Source: Bdellovibrionota bacterium (GTDB lineage: Bacteria; Bdellovibrionota_C; UBA2361; JBIKWN01). Taken from it: a DNA stretch of 19,719 bases. Where the stretch lies: assembly GCA_044356295.1 (NCBI GenBank), contig JBIKWN010000048.1, positions 1-19,719 of the forward strand, written 5' to 3'. Of this stretch, positions 7,786 through 16,066 are shown piece by piece; position 1 is the stretch's first letter; every line of letters starts with the position of its first letter. The notes beneath the pieces are model-generated. The model searched no databases. It worked only from the letters and a program-made list of their open reading frames with translations, and was not told the DNA's origin. The position numbers and the translations under genes are program-made.

Positions 7786-9230
7786 TACACCAATACCCCA
7801 ATGTTACGAAGATTTTCAGTAAGCAAAGAAAAATCGTTAGCGATGACTCCTTTATCAATATTATACTTTTCACTCGTGGTATTAATCGTAGTTTCTGCAT
7901 CTTTGGTTGAAAGATAGGTCAGAAGCATGAATCGCGCAGTGTGATTAAGTGTAAATCCAGTATTTCCTAGAAGATCTTTTTCATTCCACGCCACGATTCG
8001 AACAATTTCTGGAGTAATGGCAATTCGAAACGCAGCTTGTAAGAGAGTTGGCGTTTGAGATGGAATGCTACTTAGCAAACAATCTTTTTTGATACGTTTC
8101 TCAAAAATAGATGAAATCCACCACCCAATCCAACGCGTTATATGGGCAACAAATGAAAAAAGATAATCTTTGTTCAAAGCTTTTGGTAACGAAGGAAAAG
8201 AGAACCCCCAATAGGTAGGCGCTACGATACCAAGTGAAGGGAGCCACTTTTTAATCATACGTCTATCCCAATACGCTTGTCTAAAAAGTGATCCAAAATA
8301 TCGATATAGGGAACTATGTCCAAGATCTTTGGTAATGACCTCAGCGATGAATGCAATGCATCCACCGAAGTTCAAACATTGAAAACTAAGATCAACATCC
8401 TCCGACCTGCCTAAGGTGGTATCAAAAAATATGTTATTATCAATTAAAAAATCTTTCCGAATCATGACAGCAGCTGTATCGAAAAATGGGATCGGCAATC
8501 TCTTTGCATTTGCAAATCCTTTTATAGACCAATGATTCATCTGATCATGATGTGTTTTTAAGATTCCTCGACTCAAAATTGCTGAGTACTGAATGGCTGA
8601 CTGAACAGCTACAATTTCATCAAGTTCAAACCCAGATAAAGTTTTCTCTATCCATTGTCTTCCAAGTTGAACATCACTATCTATAAAAGCAATAAATTTT
8701 CCCCTTGCAGCTCGAAGTCCCCTATTTCGTGCATATGAACGTGATTTTCTTTTTTCATCTAATATAATCACAGGATATTTAGAAGCCAGAAAAGATGTCC
8801 TATCAGTTGAATTATTATTTACAACAATGACTTCAAAGTGATGTTTTGTTTCTTGATTAAAAATGGATTCAAGGAGTGCTTCTATACTAGCTTCAGCATT
8901 AAAAGCTGGAATGACGAATGAAATAAATGGGTTTATAGGTGATCTAGCTAACATGTTAGCTTTATAGAGTTGAAATAAAACATCAATTAAATCATTTTGA
9001 ATTGATTCTTTATCAACAGTCGGAAATTGAGTAATTAAGAACTCAAGAATTTTATCTTGAGTTCCATATGTTTGAATTAAGGTTGGAAGGTGTGACCAGA
9101 TCCCTGTTAGCGTAATTGTTTTTCCGCCCTGGAAATGAATAATTTCAACAGTAGTATCATCTTTGCTGAAATAGACATCCGGATGAAGAATAAAGCCATG
9201 CTTGATAAAATCGAACAGACTTTTCTTCAT
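7785..9230 (-). CDS. GT2 glycosyltransferase flanked by N- and C-terminal PqqD/RRE-like domains
   Basis: GT2 core: ISFVIPAFNAEASI, EVIVVNNNSTDRT, ARNRG, FIAFIDSD, RSEDVDL. aa ~12-95 (LHPDVYFSK..TLTGIWS..ESIQNDLIDVLFQLYKANML) and aa ~405-481 (FTLNHTARFML..EKYNIDKGVIANDFSLLTENLRNIGVL) follow the three-strand/three-helix PqqD pattern. Confidence 0.8.
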   Translation of the reverse strand: MKKSLFDFIKHGFILHPDVYFSKDDTTVEIIHFQGGKTITLTGIWSHLPTLIQTYGTQDKILEFLITQFPTVDKESIQNDLIDVLFQLYKANMLARSPINPFISFVIPAFNAEASIEALLESIFNQETKHHFEVIVVNNNSTDRTSFLASKYPVIILDEKRKSRSYARNRGLRAARGKFIAFIDSDVQLGRQWIEKTLSGFELDEIVAVQSAIQYSAILSRGILKTHHDQMNHWSIKGFANAKRLPIPFFDTAAVMIRKDFLIDNNIFFDTTLGRSEDVDLSFQCLNFGGCIAFIAEVITKDLGHSSLYRYFGSLFRQAYWDRRMIKKWLPSLGIVAPTYWGFSFPSLPKALNKDYLFSFVAHITRWIGWWISSIFEKRIKKDCLLSSIPSQTPTLLQAAFRIAITPEIVRIVAWNEKDLLGNTGFTLNHTARFMLLTYLSTKDAETTINTTSEKYNIDKGVIANDFSLLTENLRNIGVLV

Positions 9231-9242
9231 GCAAATTAGAGA

Positions 9243-9716
9243 TTAATCGACTATCAATCCTTTGACGACATTCTTGAGTTCTTGAGCCTGTTCAATCGTT
9301 GAAGAATCTGTGCGCTTTATTAATTTTTCATAAATCGTAGCGACCTTTTTATAGGGCTCAGGGCGATCACCGAGGGTTTTGATCTGTTCAGAAATCTTAA
9401 CTTCAATATCTTTTAGAGCTTTCTGATTTTTTTCTTTCTCTTCAGGTTTTGATTTTTCAAGTGCTGCTGTTGCAACTTCAAACTCATCAAATGTTGCTTG
9501 TACGATAGCTAATTGTTCTGCGCCGGATTTCTGTTTGGTAATCTGCGCGTCATTATAAAAACGAAATCCAAAAAATCCAATCGCTGCAATAAGGGCGATA
9601 TAAAATACAGGTTTTGAAATTACGTTAACAATGTCACTTAATTTCTGAATCTCATCTTCTGCAAATTCAGTTTGACCATCAAGTACACGGAGTGAAATTT
9701 TTTTCTGTTCTGCCAT
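9243..9716 (-). CDS. Hypothetical single-pass membrane protein with a helical C-terminal region
   Basis: One TM segment (VFYIALIAAIGFFGF) followed by a charged helical region. ATG 9716 is preferred to TTG 9722. Confidence 0.6.
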   Translation of the reverse strand: MAEQKKISLRVLDGQTEFAEDEIQKLSDIVNVISKPVFYIALIAAIGFFGFRFYNDAQITKQKSGAEQLAIVQATFDEFEVATAALEKSKPEEKEKNQKALKDIEVKISEQIKTLGDRPEPYKKVATIYEKLIKRTDSSTIEQAQELKNVVKGLIVD

Positions 9717-9734
9717 ATTCAAATAAAGTTTAGA

Positions 9735-10385
9735 TTACATTTTATGTTTAAAGTCATCTGGATCAAGTTTCTCTAAAAGATCCTCCCACTGACTCTTATC
9801 GATATTTTTAAAATCGGATTGATCTGCTGTTGGTATTTCTTCAGATTCAGAAGCATCTGCACTATCTGTAGATTGAGAATCTGATTGAGCCGATGAAGCC
9901 TCATCTTTTTCATCAATCACCGATTCTGGTGGTCGTGCCATCGGCTCAGCTTGTTCAATTTGCAACGTATTTTTTGATTGCTCAAGAACTGATTTCGTAA
10001 CAAATATTGGCGCTGATTCACGGAGCGCAATTGCTATTGCATCACTTGGACGTGCATCAATTAACATTACTCGATCACCACGACTAATTGTTAGCTCTGC
10101 AAAATAGGTCGATTCTTTTAATTCGGTAATAAAGACTCTTTGTACTTTTACATCAGTTTGTAAAAATATCTCATGCATTAAATCATGAGTCAGGGGGCGC
10201 GCCATTGCCACTTGCTTAATTGCGCTGGCAATTGATGTGGCCTCGGCAATACCGATCCAAATTGGGAGGATATATTTCCCATCTTCATCTTTTAGAATTA
10301 CTACAGGGGCTTGAGTATTTGGGTCTAGGACGAGTCCGCCTACATACATCTCAATTGCGGAATCTTCAGGGGCTTTCGAAGTCAT
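9735..10385 (-). CDS. Bifunctional nuclease family protein (DUF151)
   Basis: PVVILKD, ILPIWIGIAEA, RPLTHDL, IDARPSDAIAIALR and an acidic linker before WEDLLEKLDPDDF. Confidence 0.92.
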   Translation of the reverse strand: MTSKAPEDSAIEMYVGGLVLDPNTQAPVVILKDEDGKYILPIWIGIAEATSIASAIKQVAMARPLTHDLMHEIFLQTDVKVQRVFITELKESTYFAELTISRGDRVMLIDARPSDAIAIALRESAPIFVTKSVLEQSKNTLQIEQAEPMARPPESVIDEKDEASSAQSDSQSTDSADASESEEIPTADQSDFKNIDKSQWEDLLEKLDPDDFKHKM

Positions 10386-10430
10386 TCGGGTATGTTATCA
10401 CATTATTATTTTAATGCATCCCCTTGAAAA

Positions 10431-10492
10431 ACCCTGAGCGCAGTCGAAGGGAGGGAGCGTACCCCCCGTGACCCTTCGACTACGCTCAGGGT
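10431..10492 (-). repeat. 21-bp inverted repeat of the CCTGAGC..AGTCGAAGG REP-like type; possible terminator after miaB
   Basis: accctgagcgcagtcgaaggg (10431-10451) pairs with cccttcgactacgctcagggt (10472-10492). The single mismatch becomes G-U on the minus-strand RNA, and a short U run follows (10430-10427). Confidence 0.8.
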
Positions 10493-10510
10493 AATGGGAG
10501 CCAAAAACCA

Positions 10511-11908
10511 CTACCCCAAATACTCACCAGTCAAAGTAAACCGATGAGCCTTCAAAAGCCTAACAGGAACAATCATTCCAGGCTTCAACCCAGAATAAGG
10601 CTTATCAAAATGAACAATAGTATTTTGCGACAACCTGCCCTGCAAACGTGACTCATCATGGCTAGAAACCCGATCAATCAATACTTCACCAGTTTGACCA
10701 ATCCACTTCTGTAACCGAACCGCTGCCAATTCTTCCTGAGTTTTTTGCAAAAACTGTAACCAACGAAGTTTTTCTTCATACGGCACTGGATCTTCCATCT
10801 CGGCAGCTTTTGTTCCAGGACGTGGAGAAAAAATATAAGAATACGAATGATCAAACTCAAGATGCTTCATCAGATCAATTGTTTCTAGAAAATCACTTTC
10901 AGTTTCACCAGGAAACCCAACAATTACATCCGTTGTAACAGCCATTTCAGGTACACGTGCTTTAATTGATTCAATTATCGAAATATATTTATCGCGACGA
11001 TAATTTCGATTCATCAATTTTAAAATTTTATCTGACCCAGCTTGGAGCGGCATATGAATATGGCGACAAACCTTTGGATTTTCACAAACTAAATCAATAA
11101 AATCTTGGCGAATTTCTTGGGGATGTGGGCTTGTAAAACGAATTCGTTTTATATGATCGATCTCTGCAATTTTACTAATCAATTCGGTAAATTTAAGTCT
11201 TGGTTTTAAATCCAATCCATATGAATTTACAGTTTGCCCAAGCAACGTTAACTCTTTGACACCACGGTGAGCTGCGATTCGAGCCTCACGCATAATTTCA
11301 TTTGGATGACGAGATACTTCAACACCCCGAGTCGTTGGAACAATGCAGTACGTGCAATTTTTATTACATCCTCGACTAATTGAAATAAATGCAGAAATTT
11401 TTTCAGTTTCATAAAATCCTGCAGGCAACTCTTCCCATTCATCACGGTAATCGACAGCTACTTGCGGGGCACTCCCCGATTTTCGAAGTGCAACCATTGA
11501 AGGAACAAGCGACAAATTATGAGTACCAAAAACAAGATCAACTGTTTTACTTCTTTTTACAATTGCTTCGCCCTCTTGTTGTGCAACACATCCACCAACA
11601 CCGATCATGAGCTTTGGATTTTTCTTTTTAAGATCCTGAAGTTGTCCAAGCATCGAATACAACTTCTGTTCAGGTTTATCACGAACGCTACAAGTGTTAA
11701 TTAAAATAAGATCTGCAGTTTCAGGGCCATCAACTGGTTGATAATCATTCTCAAGAATTTTTTTCAGCTTCTCGGTATCGTACTCATTCATAGCACAGCC
11801 AAAAGTCTTGATGTAAAGACCAGGTTTTTCAGACTGAGACTTCAAAAGTCCAGATTTATCTGAATGATTACGGGCACTTATTTGATAAAGCGTCTCTTCG
11901 GGCTGCAT
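10511..11908 (-). CDS. miaB: tRNA-2-methylthio-N6-dimethylallyladenosine synthase MiaB
   Basis: UPF0004 motifs TFGCAMNEYD, NTCSVR and GGCVAQQEG; radical SAM motif CNKNCTYCIVP; RIRFTSPHP, TDVIVGFPGET, SPRPGTKAA; C-terminal TRAM domain. Confidence 0.95.
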   Translation of the reverse strand: MQPEETLYQISARNHSDKSGLLKSQSEKPGLYIKTFGCAMNEYDTEKLKKILENDYQPVDGPETADLILINTCSVRDKPEQKLYSMLGQLQDLKKKNPKLMIGVGGCVAQQEGEAIVKRSKTVDLVFGTHNLSLVPSMVALRKSGSAPQVAVDYRDEWEELPAGFYETEKISAFISISRGCNKNCTYCIVPTTRGVEVSRHPNEIMREARIAAHRGVKELTLLGQTVNSYGLDLKPRLKFTELISKIAEIDHIKRIRFTSPHPQEIRQDFIDLVCENPKVCRHIHMPLQAGSDKILKLMNRNYRRDKYISIIESIKARVPEMAVTTDVIVGFPGETESDFLETIDLMKHLEFDHSYSYIFSPRPGTKAAEMEDPVPYEEKLRWLQFLQKTQEELAAVRLQKWIGQTGEVLIDRVSSHDESRLQGRLSQNTIVHFDKPYSGLKPGMIVPVRLLKAHRFTLTGEYLG

Positions 11909-11952
11909 ACTGAAAAACAGTATAGCCTAAAACTTATTCCGACTCGAATTAT

Positions 11953-12657
11953 CTAAGACTCAGCTTTCACGATAACCTGCCAAGCCCCCTTCTCGCCCTC
12001 ATGCACTGGCAGCTCAGAATCCAGAGCAATCGAGAAAGAACGAGTTTGTTTTGGCTCAATAGTTACATCACTCAATATGACCTCTGTGGTAGCTTCAGGA
12101 TCATGAACTGAAAGATCCAAATAATCGCCACTTTTTACCCACTGAAACTCAACGGTTAATGGAAGATTTGAAATTGGATAATATCCTGTATTTTCGATCG
12201 TTCCATTAATCTTAGAACCAGTTGTATCACTGACTAACATTGTATCTTTAATAGTAACAAACTTAGATGGTGGCACTGATTTTAAAAAACCTTCAGCATC
12301 CGATCCCCACAACAGATCAACTTGATAATCAGTAAAGCCTTCTGCATCGGCAGAAAGTTGAAGCTGTTCACCTTTCTGACTTTCTTCGAAAGGAACAAAA
12401 GATTCACCAAGGTCAGTTCCATTTTTTATAGTTTTAAGCCGCAGTACTGAGGGTGCCGATACCTCAGAAGTAAACTGTTCAACGGTGGCTTTAATAAAGA
12501 GCTTTTTACCATCAAAGACTTCATCGTCTATGCGAAGTTGATACGGAGCATCCGTATCTGATTGAGCCAGCGGCGGGCGTACCTCTTTACTGGAACACCC
12601 AGTAAAAATCAAAAGCAAAAGAATTAAAAAAATTTTCTTTCGAGGCAAAGCAATCAT
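11953..12657 (-). CDS. Hypothetical lipoprotein with two beta-rich domains
   Basis: Signal peptide with lipobox IFTGC; beta-rich body including INGTIENTG; ATGA overlap with the upstream gene. Confidence 0.65.
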   Translation of the reverse strand: MIALPRKKIFLILLLLIFTGCSSKEVRPPLAQSDTDAPYQLRIDDEVFDGKKLFIKATVEQFTSEVSAPSVLRLKTIKNGTDLGESFVPFEESQKGEQLQLSADAEGFTDYQVDLLWGSDAEGFLKSVPPSKFVTIKDTMLVSDTTGSKINGTIENTGYYPISNLPLTVEFQWVKSGDYLDLSVHDPEATTEVILSDVTIEPKQTRSFSIALDSELPVHEGEKGAWQVIVKAES

Positions 12658-13127
12658 GAATGATTCTCTTTTATATCAGCTTTTGACGGTTCTGCAGAAA
12701 CAAATTTCCATCCATCTGATACTGTAAACTCCCACACTTGATCCTCTGCATAATCTTCAACGATATAAAATGGCACTTTAAATCGTTTTGCCGTAACACT
12801 TGCTACACAGCGAGTACTATCTTCATTAAAATCAAGAAAATCAGTTTTAGTTTCTACTAAACGATATCCTTTGTATTTTTTCATTATTTCTTTTATTTGC
12901 ACACTTCGGACATCTTCTTTAATAAGGGCTCCAACAGCTTGAAATTTATTCCAATAAATGAGGTCTTGAAAATTTTGAACTGATTGAGGAAGTAATGCCT
13001 CTCTATCGTTTTTTCCTAACCCAATTTTACTAACACCTTCTACAAAAGGCACTACAATGCATCCACTACAGGTGAACGCTATGATGAATAAAAATGGGAT
13101 GATTCGTTTTAAATATATACCTAGCAT
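12654..13127 (-). CDS. Hypothetical lipoprotein
   Basis: 157-aa ORF with an N-terminal hydrophobic stretch ending in TCSGC; translationally coupled to the next gene. Confidence 0.65.
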   Translation of the reverse strand: MLGIYLKRIIPFLFIIAFTCSGCIVVPFVEGVSKIGLGKNDREALLPQSVQNFQDLIYWNKFQAVGALIKEDVRSVQIKEIMKKYKGYRLVETKTDFLDFNEDSTRCVASVTAKRFKVPFYIVEDYAEDQVWEFTVSDGWKFVSAEPSKADIKENHS

Positions 13128-13161
13128 TTTGTTAGCCTAGCACTGCATTACCTATCAGGAA

Positions 13162-13294
13162 ATGCATCAAAACTTTTTCATAAATCTTGTATGTCTGAGG
13201 ATTAATTTAGATCATAATGAAGGCAAACAGCGAGATCCTATCCACGTGCATGTACTAAATATTGGAGGCTTGGAATGAACACTTCAAATCTTGA
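13162..13294 (+). pseudogene. Internally deleted, frameshifted DUF4160 remnant
   Basis: The frame from ATG 13162 gives ...NEGKQRDPIHVHV (to 13254). The +1 frame at 13259-13294 gives ILEAWNEHFKS*. These are the N-terminal and C-terminal hallmarks of DUF4160, with the middle missing, directly upstream of DUF2442. Confidence 0.7.
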
Positions 13295-13556
13295 TGCTTT
13301 AGCAAAAGCAGTAACTTTTGACTCAGATAATTTTTGGGTAGAGCTTGTAGATGGTCGACAACTCGGCGTTCCACTTGCTTATTTCCCTCGTCTTGCTAGA
13401 GCATCCAGCGCTCAACGTAAAAAATATATCATTAGCGGAGGCGGAATTGGACTTCATTGGGATGAGTTAGACGAGGATATTTCAGTACCCGCTCTCCTTA
13501 TCGGTAGAGTTGATCAAACTACTCAAACCACTAAACGCAAGAAAAGAGCTGCTTAA
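13275..13556 (+). CDS. DUF2442 domain-containing protein (putative antitoxin of a DUF4160/DUF2442 pair)
   Basis: WVELVDGRQLGVPLAYFPRL and GIGLHWDELDEDISVPALL; GGAGG at 13264-13268 upstream of the ATG. Confidence 0.9.
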   Translation: MNTSNLDALAKAVTFDSDNFWVELVDGRQLGVPLAYFPRLARASSAQRKKYIISGGGIGLHWDELDEDISVPALLIGRVDQTTQTTKRKKRAA

Positions 13557-13572
13557 TATAAGAATTTAATGG

Positions 13573-13917
13573 TTACTGCTTAGCTTCCGGCTGAGGCATA
13601 ACTCGGTGAAACAAATTAAAAGCACGTTCTTTCAAGTTTCTTCGAATCTCAGTTTTATTTTTATTTTCATCTTCAGGACGAAGCAGACTTGTATCAACAA
13701 CTTCTTTTAAGTACTCAGTAGAAATAGAAGCTTTTCCAACATCAACTTCACCTCTAAGTTCTTGTAAAAACTTTGCACTCGACTCTTCAGTTGCGACCTG
13801 TTGTTTTTTCTGCTTTTTTTGTGACTCTATTCTAAGAATAGTTCCTGATATCAGAACAATTCCAACTGAAAAAAGAAATACTAACGATCGATGTGCAAAA
13901 GAAGGTTTATCACTCAT
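13573..13917 (-). CDS. Hypothetical protein with an N-terminal membrane anchor
   Basis: 114-aa ORF with one TM segment followed by a Lys/Gln-rich soluble part; no family recognised. Confidence 0.55.
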   Translation of the reverse strand: MSDKPSFAHRSLVFLFSVGIVLISGTILRIESQKKQKKQQVATEESSAKFLQELRGEVDVGKASISTEYLKEVVDTSLLRPEDENKNKTEIRRNLKERAFNLFHRVMPQPEAKQ

Positions 13918-13973
13918 AACGACAGATAAGATGCTCTTAGGTGAGCTTTCGGTAGCAATATTTTAAACGGTGA

Positions 13974-14381
13974 CTAACTTATTACTTTTACGTTAGCTCT
14001 AATCCAATCTACGACGCTTTGAGTTGAAGCTCCGGGCAAAAATATCTCTTTAACCCCTATTTTTTTGAGCTCAATGACGTCTTCTTTAGGGACAATACCC
14101 CCGCCAAATAAAACAACGTCTTCAGCTCCCTCTTTTTTCAATAACTCTATCACTGCTGGGAAAAGTGTCATATGAGCTCCAGACAGGATACTCATACCAA
14201 TAGCTTGAACATCTTCTTGGATAGCTGTCCGCACAATCATCTCAGCAGTTTGATGAAGCCCAGTATAGATAACTTCCATTCCAGCATCCCTCAGAGCTCG
14301 AGCAATGACTTTCGCACCACGGTCATGACCATCAAGACCAGGTTTTGCAATTAAGATTCTATGACGTCCAGTATTTGACAT
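13974..14381 (-). CDS. icmB: Cobalamin-binding small subunit of an acyl-CoA mutase (IcmB-like)
   Basis: [34 protein letters not shown] (DxHxxG), SILSGAH and FGGGIVP; follows the mutase large subunit. ATG 14381 is preferred to TTG 14390. Confidence 0.85.
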   Translation of the reverse strand: MSNTGRHRILIAKPGLDGHDRGAKVIARALRDAGMEVIYTGLHQTAEMIVRTAIQEDVQAIGMSILSGAHMTLFPAVIELLKKEGAEDVVLFGGGIVPKEDVIELKKIGVKEIFLPGASTQSVVDWIRANVKVIS

Positions 14382-14392
14382 AAGAGGCAACT

Positions 14393-16051
14393 CTAAAACA
14401 TTCCAGGGTCAGAATACACTCCAAAGACATCGCGGTAAATATCGGATACTTCACCAAGTGTTACACCAACATCCACCCCGTCAATCAGATAACTTAAAAC
14501 GTTCCTATTTTCGACACAGGCACTTCGTATCGCCTCGAGAGATTCCTTATGTTTTTTAGGATCGCGTTGTTCTTTAAACCACTTACATCGTTCAATCTGT
14601 TTACGCTCTGCTTCAAAATCAATTTTGAGTGTTGGGATATTATGCTCGTCATCGCTGTCTCGATTACTGTTTACACCAACCATAGTGTATGACTTATCGT
14701 CAAAATTCTTTTGAAATTGGTATGCACTCTCTGCAATTTCTTTTTGCGGATATCCAAGTTCAACTGCTCGAAGCATTCCACCAAGATCATCAATTTTTTG
14801 TATGTAAGCTAACGCTTCACGTTCGATATCAGTGGTAAGTTTTTCAACATAATAAGATCCACCTAGAGGATCAATGACATTTGTAATCCCTGTCTCTTCT
14901 GCAATGATTTGCTGTGTTCGAAGCGCAACTTTCACTGCTTCTTCAGTTGGAAGTGAAAGCGTTTCATCCATGGAATTTGTATGGAGCGATTGCACTCCGC
15001 CAAGAACAGCCGCCATTGCTTGAAGCGCAACTCGAGCAACGTTATTCATTGGCTGCTGAGCTGTTAACGATACACCAGCAGTTTGTGCATGTGTTCGAAG
15101 CTTCCATGAGTGCTCACTTTTCGCACCAAAGCGATCTTTCATGATACGCGCCCAGATTCGGCGTGCTGCACGAAGTTTTGCGATCTCTTCAAAGAAATCA
15201 TTATGAATATCAAAAAAGAATGATAGACGCGGAGCAAATGAATCAACATCCATTCCACGAGCGATACAATGATCGACATAGCCGATTCCATCAGCAATCG
15301 TAAACGCAAGCTCTTGTACAGCGGTCGCACCAGCTTCTCGGATATGATAACCAGAGATAGAAATAGGATTAAACTTCGGTGCAAAGTCTCTGCAGTATTC
15401 TATAATATCACAACAAAGTTTCACCGATGGCGCCGGAGGACAGATCCATTCTTTTTGTGCAATAAATTCCTTAAATGAATCGTTTTGGATCGTTCCACCA
15501 ATTTTATCAAAACTAATATTTCTTCGACGAGCAATACAAAAATAAAATGCCATTGCAACTGTTGAAGTTGCATTGATAGTCATTGAAGTTGAAACATCAG
15601 CAAGATTAATCCCTGCAAATAATCTTTCAAAGTCATCAATAGTTGAAATGCTCACCCCTTCACGCCCTACTTCACCAATTGATTTTGGGTGGTCGGCGTC
15701 GTATCCCATCAACGCTGGCATATCAAAAGCAGTTGATAAACCAGTTTGACCAGCTTGAAGAAGATATTTAAATCGTTCATTTGTATCTTCAGGAGATCCG
15801 AATCCAGCAAACTGCCTCATCGTCCACCAACGTCCACGATACATGGTTGGCTGAACACCACGAGTAAATGGAAACTCACCCGGATATCCAAGTTCTTTAT
15901 GATAATCAAGACTACCTAAAGATTCTGGTGTAACAAGCGCGGGTTGTTCACGAAAACTTATCGATTGAAAAGATTTTTTTTGCTCTTTTTGTGACTTAAA
16001 CTTTTTCTCGTACCAAGTTTTCTCATTTGGAGAGGTTGTATCTTTTGACAT
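14393..16051 (-). CDS. icmA: Acyl-CoA mutase large subunit, isobutyryl-CoA mutase (IcmA) type
   Basis: MCM-family motifs [20 protein letters not shown] and [10 protein letters not shown]. Specificity positions are RQF81AGF and EFIAQ199KEW (Phe/Gln) rather than the Tyr/Arg of methylmalonyl-CoA mutase. Confidence 0.85.
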   Translation of the reverse strand: MSKDTTSPNEKTWYEKKFKSQKEQKKSFQSISFREQPALVTPESLGSLDYHKELGYPGEFPFTRGVQPTMYRGRWWTMRQFAGFGSPEDTNERFKYLLQAGQTGLSTAFDMPALMGYDADHPKSIGEVGREGVSISTIDDFERLFAGINLADVSTSMTINATSTVAMAFYFCIARRRNISFDKIGGTIQNDSFKEFIAQKEWICPPAPSVKLCCDIIEYCRDFAPKFNPISISGYHIREAGATAVQELAFTIADGIGYVDHCIARGMDVDSFAPRLSFFFDIHNDFFEEIAKLRAARRIWARIMKDRFGAKSEHSWKLRTHAQTAGVSLTAQQPMNNVARVALQAMAAVLGGVQSLHTNSMDETLSLPTEEAVKVALRTQQIIAEETGITNVIDPLGGSYYVEKLTTDIEREALAYIQKIDDLGGMLRAVELGYPQKEIAESAYQFQKNFDDKSYTMVGVNSNRDSDDEHNIPTLKIDFEAERKQIERCKWFKEQRDPKKHKESLEAIRSACVENRNVLSYLIDGVDVGVTLGEVSDIYRDVFGVYSDPGMF

Positions 16052-16066
16052 GACAATCTCTGCTTC

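Noticed and set aside
3051..9230. Calling the cluster a canonical lasso peptide BGC
   Set aside because: There is no asparagine-synthetase-like cyclase or transglutaminase-like B2 peptidase in the window, and no cleavage site gives both Thr at -2 and Asp/Glu at core position 7-9.
6274..9230. Calling it a glycocin or mycofactocin cluster
   Set aside because: The peptide has no Cys and there is no C39 ABC exporter (glycocin). There is no MftC-type radical SAM or IDGxCGVY tail (mycofactocin).
10511..11908. The radical SAM gene as the peptide-modifying enzyme
   Set aside because: It has the full MiaB architecture (UPF0004, rSAM, TRAM) of a housekeeping tRNA methylthiotransferase.
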